This document shows positions 55,667 to 64,000 of a stretch of 64,000 nucleotides of DNA, piece by piece. The notes under the pieces are model-generated. The model saw nothing but the letters and a program-made list of their open reading frames with translations, was not told the DNA's origin and searched no databases. Made by a program: the position numbers and the translations under genes. The first letter of the stretch is position 1. Every line of letters begins with the position of its first letter. Source of the stretch: an uncultured Candidatus Rokubacteria bacterium (GTDB taxonomy: Bacteria > Methylomirabilota > Methylomirabilia > Rokubacteriales > DASRDR01); assembly GCA_963826115.1 (NCBI GenBank), contig CAWGVS010000003.1:64001-128000 (forward strand). Reading direction: 5' to 3'.

Positions 55667-55784
55667 GCGGGCCCCAAGGGGCTCGACGGATGCCGAGACA
55701 CAGGACCGCCGGAGCGAGGCGCGGGTCGAGCCGTCGCGCGCTCCGGCGCCATGGACCGATTGCTCTACTAGACGGGAGGCTCCC

Positions 55785-57381
55785 ATGAAGCGACAGATCT
55801 CGCGAGGCATGCTCGGGCTGCCTCGCCCTCGCGTGCGCGCTGGCGGTGGCCAACAGCTCGACCGCGCAGGAGCCGCGCCGCGGCGGCACGCTGACGGTGA
55901 TCACGCCGTCGGACGTCTCCACGTTCGACCCTCATCCGGCGGTCGGCTTCTCCGTCCGGGTGTTCGCGAACATCTACGAGCCGCTCTTCCGGAAGGACGA
56001 GAAGGGCGTGCTCACCGGACACCTCGCCCAGTCCTGGCGCTTCCTCGATCCGACGAAGCTCCAGATCACGCTGCGGAAGGGCGTGAAGTTCCACAGCGGC
56101 AACGAGCTGACCGCCGAGGACGTCAAGTTCACGTACGAGCGGCAGCTGAACCCCGCCGACCTCGCGCGCGACGCGGCGGTCATCAAGATGCTCAAGACGC
56201 CGATCCAGGTGGTGGACCGGTACACGCTGATCCTGGAGACGCGCGAGCCGAACGCCGCGATGGTGGACACCCTGGCCCAGTCGCTGGCGACCCTGATCCC
56301 CGACTCCGCCGAGATCAAGAAGTGGGGGAAGGACTACGGGCTCCACCCGTCCGGGACCGGCCCCTTCAAGTTCGTCGAGTGGGTGCGCGGGCAGCACATC
56401 AAGCTCGCCCGGAACGCCGACTACTGGAACGGCCCGCCCTACGTCGACTTCCTCGTGTTCAAGGTGGTGCCCGAGGAGGCGACGCGGGTGCTGGCGCTGG
56501 AGAGCGGCGAGGCGGACGTGCTCTACGAGACGCCCCCGAGCGCGATCGCGGGGCTGAAGAAGAACCCGAAGCTCAAGGTGAACCGGGTCCCCACGTACCG
56601 GGACGTCAACGTGCACTGGAACGCCCTGAAGGCGCCGACCGACGACGCGCGGCTCCGGCGCGCGCTCTCCCAGGCGATCGACGTGAAGAGCATCGTCGAG
56701 GAGGTCATCACCGCCGACATCGGCCAGGTCGCGACCGGGATCTTCAACCCGAGCGTCTTCGGAGCGTGCGACGTCGGCTTCCCCGTCTACAACCAGGCGC
56801 GGGCGAAGCAGGGCCTGGCCGAGCTGGGCTACAAGCCCGGCAAGGACGGGATCCTCGAGAAGGACGGGAAGCCGCTCACGCTCACGCTCGTCGTGAACCC
56901 GCAGCGCGACCCCCGGAACGGCGAGGTGGCCGAGGCGATCCAGGCCCAGCTCCGGGCGGTCGGGGTCGACATGAAGGTGAACGCGAACGAGTTCGCCACC
57001 TACATGAAGATCCTGCAGAGCCCCGAAGGCGACTACAACATGATCTTCCACGGGTACGGCGTGGCGACGGCCGACGCCGACCTGAAGGCGACCTTCTTCC
57101 TCGGCACGAACCTGCCGCCCGCCGGGCAGAACAGCCCGCGCTTCACGAGCCCCGAGCTCGACGGCCTGATCCTCGGCGCCCAGCGCGAGTCGAACAAGGA
57201 CAAGCGCAAGGACCTCTACTGCAAGATGGGCCAGCTCTACCGGGACCAGGCGCTCGGCGTGCCGCTCTACGCCTCGTTCCGCAACACGACCACGCAGGCC
57301 AACGTCCACGGCATGGTGCTCCACCCGGACGAGTGGTACACGCAGACCTACACGCGCGCGTGGCTCGGGCCGAAGCCGTAG
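55785..57381 (+). CDS. Peptide/nickel ABC transporter substrate-binding protein (family 5); frameshift in the signal-peptide region
   Basis: RGGTL, FDPH, IYEPL, LRKGVKFHSG and GTGPFKFVEW. RBS plus ATG at 55785 (MKRQISRGMLGL) is out of frame with the body (LALACALAVANSSTAQ). Confidence 0.9.
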
Positions 57382-57390
57382 GAGGGCGGC

Positions 57391-58335
57391 ATGGGCGGCG
57401 GGGGCGCCGCAGGCCTGGCCGGGTACGTCGTCAAGCGGCTCTTGGCCATGCTGCTGCTGCTGGCGGGGGTCACCTTCATCGTCTTCGGGATGATGTACCT
57501 CGCGCCGGGCGACGTGACGACCATGATCGCGGCGAGCAGCCCGTCGCCCGAGCAGGTCGCGGCGATCCGCCGGGACTTCGGGCTCGACCAGCCGCCCTGG
57601 ACCCAGTACGGCATGTTCCTCGGCCGCCTCACCCGGGGTGACCTGGGCGATTCGTGGATCGACCGTCGCCCGGTCATGCCCCAGGTGCTGGGCGCGTTCG
57701 GCTACACCCTTCGCCTCGCCGCCGCGGCGCTGGTGCTGTCGATCGTCCTTGGCACGGTGGGGGGCGTCTGGTCCGCCCTCCGGCACCGCTCCCTGGCCGA
57801 CGAGTCGATCCTGACCGTGACGCTCCTCGGCATCTCCGTGCCGGTGTTCGTGACCGGGCTCCTGCTCATCTACACCTTCGCGTTCCGGCTCGGCTGGTTC
57901 CCGACGTCGGGCGCGGGCTCGTGGCGCCACCTGGTGCTGCCGGCCTGCACCCTGGCGAGCTTCCTGATCGCCTACAACGTGCGCATGACGCGCGCGTGCA
58001 TGCTCGAGGTCCTCGGCCAGGACTACGTCCGCACCGCGCGAGCCAAGGGCGTGCGGGAGCTCTGGGTGCTGGGGCGCCACGCGCTCCGGAACGCGCTGAT
58101 CCCCATGGTGACCGTCCTCGGGCTCCAGGTCGGCCTGCTCCTCGGCGGCTCGGTGATCACCGAGACCGTGTTCGCCTACCCCGGCGTGGGGCAGCTGATC
58201 GTCTCGGCGATCTCCGCGCGCGATACGCCCCTCGTCCAGGCGTGCGTGCTGGTGACGGCCAGCGGGTTCATCCTGGTGAACCTCCTGGTCGACGTGAGCT
58301 ACGTCCTGATCGATCCCCGGATCCGGCTGTCGTGA
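57391..58335 (+). CDS. Peptide ABC transporter permease (DppB-like)
   Basis: GLDQP, GDLGDS and EVLGQDYVRTARAKG...HALRNALIP. Confidence 0.95.
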   Translation: MGGGGAAGLAGYVVKRLLAMLLLLAGVTFIVFGMMYLAPGDVTTMIAASSPSPEQVAAIRRDFGLDQPPWTQYGMFLGRLTRGDLGDSWIDRRPVMPQVLGAFGYTLRLAAAALVLSIVLGTVGGVWSALRHRSLADESILTVTLLGISVPVFVTGLLLIYTFAFRLGWFPTSGAGSWRHLVLPACTLASFLIAYNVRMTRACMLEVLGQDYVRTARAKGVRELWVLGRHALRNALIPMVTVLGLQVGLLLGGSVITETVFAYPGVGQLIVSAISARDTPLVQACVLVTASGFILVNLLVDVSYVLIDPRIRLS

Positions 58336-58369
58336 GCCCTCGAGCGACCCGACCGGCCGGCGTTCGCGG

Positions 58370-59227
58370 ATGAGCGGGACGGGGGGCACCGGCCCTCGCC
58401 GGGCCTGGCGCGCGCTGCGGCAACCGCGGGCGGCCGCCGGCGCCCTCATGCTGAGCGCGCTCCTGGTCGGCGCCCTCGGCGCGGGCTGGCTCGCGCCCCA
58501 CGATCCGGCCCGCGCGGACCTGAAGCTCCGGCTCCAGCCTCCGAGCCGCGAGTACCCGCTCGGCACCGACTGGATCGGCCGCTGCCTCTTGAGCCGCCTG
58601 CTCTACGGCCTCCGCCTCACGCTCGCGGTCGGCGTGGCGACGGTCGCGGCCGGCGTGGCGGCCGGCCTGACGCTCGGCCTCGTGGCCGGCTTCTACGGCG
58701 GCCTCCCGGAGGCGATCATCATGCGGGGCACGGACCTCCTCCTAGCGTTCCCGTACTTCCTCCTCACGATCGTCTTCGTCGCCGTCCTCGGCCCGAGTCT
58801 CCTGAACGCGATGATCGCCATCGCCGCGTGGACGGCGCCTCACTACGTCCGGCTCGTCCGGTCCGTCGTGCTCACGGTGAAGACGCGGGAGTTCGTGGAG
58901 GCGGCGCGGGCGCTCGGGCGCCCCGAGCTCGGGATCCTCACGCGCCACATTCTCCCGGCCTGCGTGCCGGTCCTCGTCGTGCAGGCGGCCATCTTCTGCG
59001 CCCAGAACATGCTGATGGGCGCGAGCTTGAGCTTCCTCGGACTCGGCGCCCAACCCCCGTCGCCGGAGCTCGGCGCGATGCTGGGCGCCGGCCGCCAGTA
59101 CCTCCGGGCGGCGCCCCAGGTGGTCGCCGTCCCTGCCGCGGGCATCTTCCTCGGCGTCCTCGCGTTCAACTTCCTGGGGGACGTCCTCCGGGATCACCTC
59201 GACCCGACTGCCGGGCGGACCGCGTGA
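58370..59227 (+). CDS. Peptide ABC transporter permease (DppC-like)
   Basis: PLGTDWIGR, REFVEAARALG...RHILP and LSFLGLGAQPPSPELG. Confidence 0.95.
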   Translation: MSGTGGTGPRRAWRALRQPRAAAGALMLSALLVGALGAGWLAPHDPARADLKLRLQPPSREYPLGTDWIGRCLLSRLLYGLRLTLAVGVATVAAGVAAGLTLGLVAGFYGGLPEAIIMRGTDLLLAFPYFLLTIVFVAVLGPSLLNAMIAIAAWTAPHYVRLVRSVVLTVKTREFVEAARALGRPELGILTRHILPACVPVLVVQAAIFCAQNMLMGASLSFLGLGAQPPSPELGAMLGAGRQYLRAAPQVVAVPAAGIFLGVLAFNFLGDVLRDHLDPTAGRTA

Positions 59228-59294
59228 GCGGGCCCGCTTCGCCCAAACCGGGCCGCCGAGCCGACGGCCCGCTGACCGACCGACAGGAGCTTCA

Positions 59295-59966
59295 ATGGCC
59301 AGACTGCCGACCATCTACACGGCGCGCTCCGACGTCGACGCCGCCAATCTCGCTCGCGTGGAGAACTGGTACGCCGGGCGCCACGCCCCGGACCTGATCC
59401 GCGCGGGGTTCTACACGGCCCAGGTCTACTACTCGGATCTCGGGTCGCCCCGGATCTGCAACCTCTACGAGATTCCCGGACCCGAGCTCTTCCTCACCCA
59501 GGCGTACCGGGACGTGGCGGTCCACGACGCCGACGGACCGGCGGTGATCGCGCTCCTCACGAGCCGCTCCAACACGATCTACGAGCAGATGCTGACGGCG
59601 AGCGTCGCCCACGGCGAAGCCGACCGCGTGGCCGCACCCGCCCTGTCCACGTGCCGGTTCGACGTGCCGGCGGCGGACGATGAGGCGCTCCTCGACTGGT
59701 ACGGCGCGGAGGAGTATCCGCGGCTCCGGCGCCAGTCCGGCTTCCACGCGGGCCGGCTCTGCCGGCGGGGACCGCCCCACCCCACCGCATCCTCGCGAGA
59801 TCCCCGATGGTTCGCGATCAACGAGTGGGACGGCGTGCGATCGGCGATGGCGGACGGCTCGGCCGACGACGCGGCCGCGCGCCACCGGACCCGGTTCCTC
59901 GCCCTGACGGGCTTCGCCTACAACGTGGCCCACCGCACCTTCCGCCTCGCGCGGCCGCAGGGCTGA
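59295..59966 (+). CDS. Hypothetical protein, tandem dimeric alpha-beta barrel (EthD/DUF4286-like)
   Basis: Two related halves (NWYAGRHAPDLIRAGF / DWYGAEEYPRLRRQSGF). RBS AGGAG present. Confidence 0.65.
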   Translation: MARLPTIYTARSDVDAANLARVENWYAGRHAPDLIRAGFYTAQVYYSDLGSPRICNLYEIPGPELFLTQAYRDVAVHDADGPAVIALLTSRSNTIYEQMLTASVAHGEADRVAAPALSTCRFDVPAADDEALLDWYGAEEYPRLRRQSGFHAGRLCRRGPPHPTASSRDPRWFAINEWDGVRSAMADGSADDAAARHRTRFLALTGFAYNVAHRTFRLARPQG

Positions 59967-59976
59967 GGGCGCCTCG

Positions 59977-60777
59977 ATGGACACGCGGTGCCCCCTGGGC
60001 GTCAACGGCGGCGAGTTCCCCCACTGGTCGGTGACGCAGATCCTGGACCTCGCGGTGCGGCTCGGGGTGGCGTTCGTCGAGCTGTCGGCGCGCCGCGTGA
60101 TCGGGGCGGGGCCGGCGGCGGTCGCGGCGGAGGCGCGGCATCGCGGCCTCGGCATCCACATCGGCGCGATGGTCTCGGAGCTGCCCGACGCGTTCGTGGT
60201 CGCGCACGCCGTCGGCGCGCCCCTGATCGTGGCGGTCGACGACGCCATCGAGCGCGCCGACCTGAGCCGGCGCGAGAGCCTCGACGCCTTCCGGCAGCTC
60301 GTCGTCGAGCTCCTGGACCGCCCGGAGCACGGCGGGATCCGGCTCGCGCTGGAGAACGCGATCGTCAAGATCACGCGCCACCCGGAGGACCTTCAGGCGG
60401 TGGTGGCCCTGGTGGGCCACCCACGCTTCGGGCTCAACTTCGACGCGGACAACTTCTACAACGCCGGCATCGAGCCCTTCCCCTACGCCTACGAGCTCCT
60501 CCGCGAGCACGTCTTCCAGGTCCACGTGAAGGACTCGGGGCGGTACGTCGCCGAGGTGCACGGCGACTGGCGGCGCGTGCTGCACCGGGCCGGGGGCAAC
60601 GTGGTGTGCCTGCCCGTGGGGACGGGCGCCGTGAACTGGACGGGGCTCATCGCGCGCTTCCAGCGGGACGGCTACCGGGGGCCCGTGTCCCTCGAGCCGC
60701 ACCTCCTGCCCCACGAGATGGCGCCGGCCATGGAGGCCGACGCCGCGTTCCTGCGACGCGCGGGCTGGGTCCGCTGA
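59977..60777 (+). CDS. Sugar phosphate isomerase/epimerase (xylose isomerase-like TIM barrel)
   Basis: Metal ligands in LALEN, GLNFDADN, VHVKD and GYRGPVSLEPH. PVGTGAVNW also present. Confidence 0.88.
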   Translation: MDTRCPLGVNGGEFPHWSVTQILDLAVRLGVAFVELSARRVIGAGPAAVAAEARHRGLGIHIGAMVSELPDAFVVAHAVGAPLIVAVDDAIERADLSRRESLDAFRQLVVELLDRPEHGGIRLALENAIVKITRHPEDLQAVVALVGHPRFGLNFDADNFYNAGIEPFPYAYELLREHVFQVHVKDSGRYVAEVHGDWRRVLHRAGGNVVCLPVGTGAVNWTGLIARFQRDGYRGPVSLEPHLLPHEMAPAMEADAAFLRRAGWVR

Positions 60778-60806
60778 GGGCCGCCCGCCCCGAGAGAGGC
60801 CAGACG

Positions 60807-61802
60807 ATGAAGAGCCGGATGCGGCTGGGCATGACGCTGCCGATCGGCGTCGGCGCGCTGGGTGACGGGAAGCCGGTGCCCTGGACCGCCTTGCGGGAGA
60901 TCGCGAAGCGCGGCGAGGAGGTCGGCTTCGACACGATCATGGCGCCGGACCACCTGCTCTTCCGCCGGTCGCCGCCGGGCGACGTGATGATGGTCGACAT
61001 GCCCGAGGGCAAGAGCCGGGGCATCTGGGAGGTGTGGTCCGTCCTGAGCGCGGTGGCCGAGGCGACCCGGCGCGTTCACCTCGGTACCCTCGTCGCCTGC
61101 ACGGGCTTCCGCAACCCCGCGCTGCTCGCGAAGATGGCCGACACGCTGGACGAGATCAGCGGGGGCCGCGTGTTGCTCGGCCTCGGGGCCGGCTGGCACA
61201 CGCCCGAGTACGAGGCCTTCGGCTATCCCTCCGATCACCGGGTGGGCCGCTTCGAGGAGGCGCTCCAGATCATTGTCCCGCTCCTCCGGCAGGGGCGGGT
61301 CGACTTCCAGGGCCAGTACTACCAGGCCCGGCAGTGCGAGCTCCTCCCGCGCGGGCCGCGCCCGAGCGGGTTGCCCATCTTCATCGGCGCCCAGGGACCG
61401 CGGATGATGCGGCTGGTGGCCCGCTACGCCGACAGCTTCGACGCGGACTACCAGACCGGGCCGCCGCCGGTCGTCGAGCGGCTCGGCCGCCTGGAGACCG
61501 CCTGCCGCGACGTCGGGCGCGATCCGGCGACGATCGGCCGCATGGCGGCCACGAGAGTGGCGCTGGCCGGCCCGGGAAGCGCGTCCGGCTTCCAGGTCGG
61601 CCCGGCGAAGGACGGCATCGCCCAGTTCGACCTCGCCGGCGTGCGGTTCCCGGCGCGCCTCGGCTCCGTCGAAGAGGTGGCCGCCCACCTCCGGGCATTC
61701 GAGGCGGTCGGCGTCGAGCACCTCACGGTCAACGTCGTCGACCCTCCCGGCGTGCGCGGCATCGAGCGCTTCGCGGCCGTGATCGAGGCGCTCCGCCGGT
61801 AG
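60807..61802 (+). CDS. LLM-class flavin-dependent oxidoreductase
   Basis: GFDTIMAPDH, RNPALLAKMADTLDEISGGRVLLGLGAGW and IFIGAQGPRMMRLVARYAD. Confidence 0.93.
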   Translation: MKSRMRLGMTLPIGVGALGDGKPVPWTALREIAKRGEEVGFDTIMAPDHLLFRRSPPGDVMMVDMPEGKSRGIWEVWSVLSAVAEATRRVHLGTLVACTGFRNPALLAKMADTLDEISGGRVLLGLGAGWHTPEYEAFGYPSDHRVGRFEEALQIIVPLLRQGRVDFQGQYYQARQCELLPRGPRPSGLPIFIGAQGPRMMRLVARYADSFDADYQTGPPPVVERLGRLETACRDVGRDPATIGRMAATRVALAGPGSASGFQVGPAKDGIAQFDLAGVRFPARLGSVEEVAAHLRAFEAVGVEHLTVNVVDPPGVRGIERFAAVIEALRR

Positions 61803-61839
61803 GCTCGCGCCCGCCGGGCCGGCGGGCGCGTCACCCCGC

Positions 61840-63300
61840 CTAGGCGCGCTCGGCCGAGAGCGAGGCGACGTAGCGGACGGCGCCGACCCGCTCGACGACC
61901 GCGCGCGAGACGAGCTCGACGTCGCCGAGCCGGCAGCGCGCCTCGTGCCGCGCGGGCGGAGCGACCGCGGGCGGCGGCCCGGCCGCGCCTCGAAGCGCCT
62001 CGGTCAGGGCCCGGCCGTCGAGCGGTGCGTCGGTCGTCACGCCAAGGAGCCGGAGGACGGTCGGCGCGACGTCGACGTTGCCCGAGGGCGTCCCGGAGAC
62101 GAGCCCCTCCCGGAAGCTCGGGCCGCTCCCGACCAGCGTGCAGCGGAGCTCCTGCGGGCTGCCGGAGCCGTGCGTGCCGAGGCCGGGCGCGCCCTCGCTG
62201 CTGTCCGCCGAGCCGGCGGCGCCCCCGGCCGGCACCGAATCCCACCGGAAGGACAGGACGATGTCGGGTGCCCGGGGCCCCGCGAGACCGACCGCCTCGG
62301 CCGGAAGCAGCCCCAGCGCGGCGCCCGCCGCGCGCCCGGCGACCAGCGCGCCCGCCCACGACTGGGCGACCAGCCAACGCGTGAAGCGCTCGAGGGCGCG
62401 CGAATCCCCGTCGCGCACGTAGAAGAGCGCGGCGCCCCCGTTCGCGGCGACGGTCACGCCGCCGGGCCGGTCGCCCGGCGGGAAGCCCGCGTCCCGCACG
62501 ACGTCCTCGAGCTGGATGCGGCGGGCGATCGTCGAGTAGCCGTGGTCGGACACCACCAGCACGTCGGGCGCAACGCCTCGCGCAGCGAGCTCCCCGAGGA
62601 TCCGGCCGAGCTCCGCGTCGGCGGCGTTGAGCGCCTCGACGGCGGGCCCTGAGCCGACGCCCGCCGCGTGCTGCGAGGTGTCCGGCTCGGGGAACCAGAT
62701 GAGCGCGGCGTCGGGATCGACCTCGGGCACGAGGTAGCCGCGGAAGACGTCGCCGGCCCGGCGGATCCGGCCGAGCTCGGGGGACCGCTTCGGCGGCCAC
62801 GGGCCGAAACGCGCCACCACGCTCGCGTGGTGCCCGCCGGGCAGCGTGAACTCGGGGTGGAGGATCGCCCCGCCGACCCGGTCGGCCCGCGGGTGCTGGA
62901 CGTACGCGTTGCCGCTCGTCCCGCCCACGACGGTCCCGAAGGTGAGCCCGTGCGGGGCCAGCAGCTCGCCGAGCGTCGGCGCGAGGAGTGCGTGGCCCGT
63001 CGCCTCGGCGACCCGGCGGAGCTCGGGCTCGAGCGCCGGGATCGCCTGGTGCGCGTCCCACTCGGGAATCACCAGCGTGTTGCCGGCGAGTCCGTGGCCG
63101 CCGGGATGCCGCCCGGTCACCATGCTGGCCGCGTTCACCCGCGTGACCGTCGGAAAGACGGCATGGTGGCGGGTGAACGTGACACCGTCCCGCGCGAGGC
63201 GGTGGATGGTGGGCGTCAGCTCGGGACCGATCTGGGACGGCTGGAGTCCGTCGAAGGCGGCGACGAGGACGCGGAGCCGGGGCCGGCGAGTCTGAGTCAT
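61840..63300 (-). CDS. Alkaline phosphatase superfamily protein (nucleotide pyrophosphatase/phosphodiesterase type)
   Basis: FDGL, FPTVTRVN (Thr nucleophile), EPDTSQH, VVSDHG, GTHG and NVDVAPT. Confidence 0.9.
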   Translation of the reverse strand: MTQTRRPRLRVLVAAFDGLQPSQIGPELTPTIHRLARDGVTFTRHHAVFPTVTRVNAASMVTGRHPGGHGLAGNTLVIPEWDAHQAIPALEPELRRVAEATGHALLAPTLGELLAPHGLTFGTVVGGTSGNAYVQHPRADRVGGAILHPEFTLPGGHHASVVARFGPWPPKRSPELGRIRRAGDVFRGYLVPEVDPDAALIWFPEPDTSQHAAGVGSGPAVEALNAADAELGRILGELAARGVAPDVLVVSDHGYSTIARRIQLEDVVRDAGFPPGDRPGGVTVAANGGAALFYVRDGDSRALERFTRWLVAQSWAGALVAGRAAGAALGLLPAEAVGLAGPRAPDIVLSFRWDSVPAGGAAGSADSSEGAPGLGTHGSGSPQELRCTLVGSGPSFREGLVSGTPSGNVDVAPTVLRLLGVTTDAPLDGRALTEALRGAAGPPPAVAPPARHEARCRLGDVELVSRAVVERVGAVRYVASLSAERA

Positions 63301-63394
63301 GGCGGTCGGGCACCGCGATTATACGTAGCCTCGAGGCGATCCCGCGCGCGCATGGCGCCAGCATCCACCCCGGGCGAGACGGCGCCGCGGACGG

Positions 63395-63880
63395 CTAGAA
63401 GGGCTTTGTCACCATCAGCACGATCACGAGCCCGATCACCAGGAGCTCCCAGGCGTGCGCCGCGGCCACCACGGGATCGGCAAAAGCCGCCGCGAGGGCC
63501 GCCGTGACGCGGCCCTGGGCGCGCGCATCCTGGAGGGCCCGGTCGAACAGGCGCCCGCGCGGCAGGAACACCCCGACGATCAGCGGCACGAGGGTCAGGT
63601 ACAGGACCAGCGACGCGAGGAGCCAGTTCACGGTCCCGCCCTGGAGAACGCCGAGGATCGGCCAGCCCCGGAGCCACGCCGTCAGGAGGCCGAGGACGAG
63701 CACGACGACGGAGGGCACCCGCACCATGCGCTCGAAGCGCCCGGCGAGCGCCACCAGCGCGGTGACGGCGCCAATGTCGGAGGCTCGGGCGGCCTGGCGG
63801 AGCGTCATGCCGCGGCCGACCACTCCGATCGCCAGCCAGAACCCGGCGAGGACGTGGAGCAGGTTCAGGAGCGTCGCCAG
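63395..63880 (-). CDS. DUF2269-like integral membrane protein
   Basis: In-frame LATLLNLLHVLAGFWLAIG..., four TM segments and C-terminal LMVTKPF. Probable CTG start at 63880 after GGAGGG. Confidence 0.75.
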   Translation of the reverse strand: MATLLNLLHVLAGFWLAIGVVGRGMTLRQAARASDIGAVTALVALAGRFERMVRVPSVVVLVLGLLTAWLRGWPILGVLQGGTVNWLLASLVLYLTLVPLIVGVFLPRGRLFDRALQDARAQGRVTAALAAAFADPVVAAAHAWELLVIGLVIVLMVTKPF

Positions 63881-63905
63881 CGCGCCGTCCCTCCGGGCAT
63901 GCCGC

Positions 63906-64000
63906 TCACCTGATGATCTTGTCCGCCTGGAAGAGCACCGACTGCGGGATCGTCACGCCGAGCTTCTGCGCGGTCTGCAGGTTGACCACCAGCTCGAACT
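63906..64000 (-). CDS. ABC transporter substrate-binding protein (COG2984-type), C-terminal end
   Basis: Manual translation gives [30 protein letters not shown], the typical C-terminus of this family. Confidence 0.85.
   Translation of the reverse strand, partial: FELVVNLQTAQKLGVTIPQSVLFQADKIIR

Noticed and set aside
1-64000. CRISPR arrays, tRNA/rRNA, transposases, integrases, phage or defence genes
   Set aside because: No spaced repeat arrays, cloverleaf signatures or matching protein motifs were recognised by eye.

Overview
High-GC bacterial DNA that is almost entirely protein-coding. The gene repertoire and style suggest Candidatus Rokubacteria/Methylomirabilota, but this is inference only. 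The centrepiece (about 15.95-33.5 kb) is a 17.5 kb tetrahydromethanopterin (H4MPT)/methanofuran-type C1-transfer cluster. Gene order: fae, ftr/fhcD, DUF447, RFA-P synthase, mch, RimK-like ligase, CitG-like protein, PTPS-I/III, a FolK-GTP cyclohydrolase IB (MptA-like) fusion, HisA-like, MfnF-, MfnE- and MfnB-like genes, an SDR, pterin carbinolamine dehydratase, a DHPS-like protein, mtd, DUF1464 and an ATP-grasp protein. It is preceded by a near-consensus sigma70 promoter and a roughly 235-nt leader carrying direct and inverted repeats. The pterin-supply module looks like a bacterial/archaeal hybrid. fhcABC and the known dihydromethanopterin reductases (DmrA/DmrB) are not in the window. The flanks hold an RND efflux pair, a compact di-heme cytochrome c, an OprD-type porin, a sensor kinase with two response regulators, and a cNMP-domain DASS transporter. 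They also hold a MocR locus, an archaeal-type nucleotidyltransferase, a ClC channel, a 1-Cys peroxiredoxin, several hydrolases, and a HutC/GntR-regulated peptide-ABC catabolic operon. Several indels (19.0-19.3 kb and 55.8 kb) look like sequencing errors or local decay. No rRNA, tRNA, CRISPR array or transposase was recognised.
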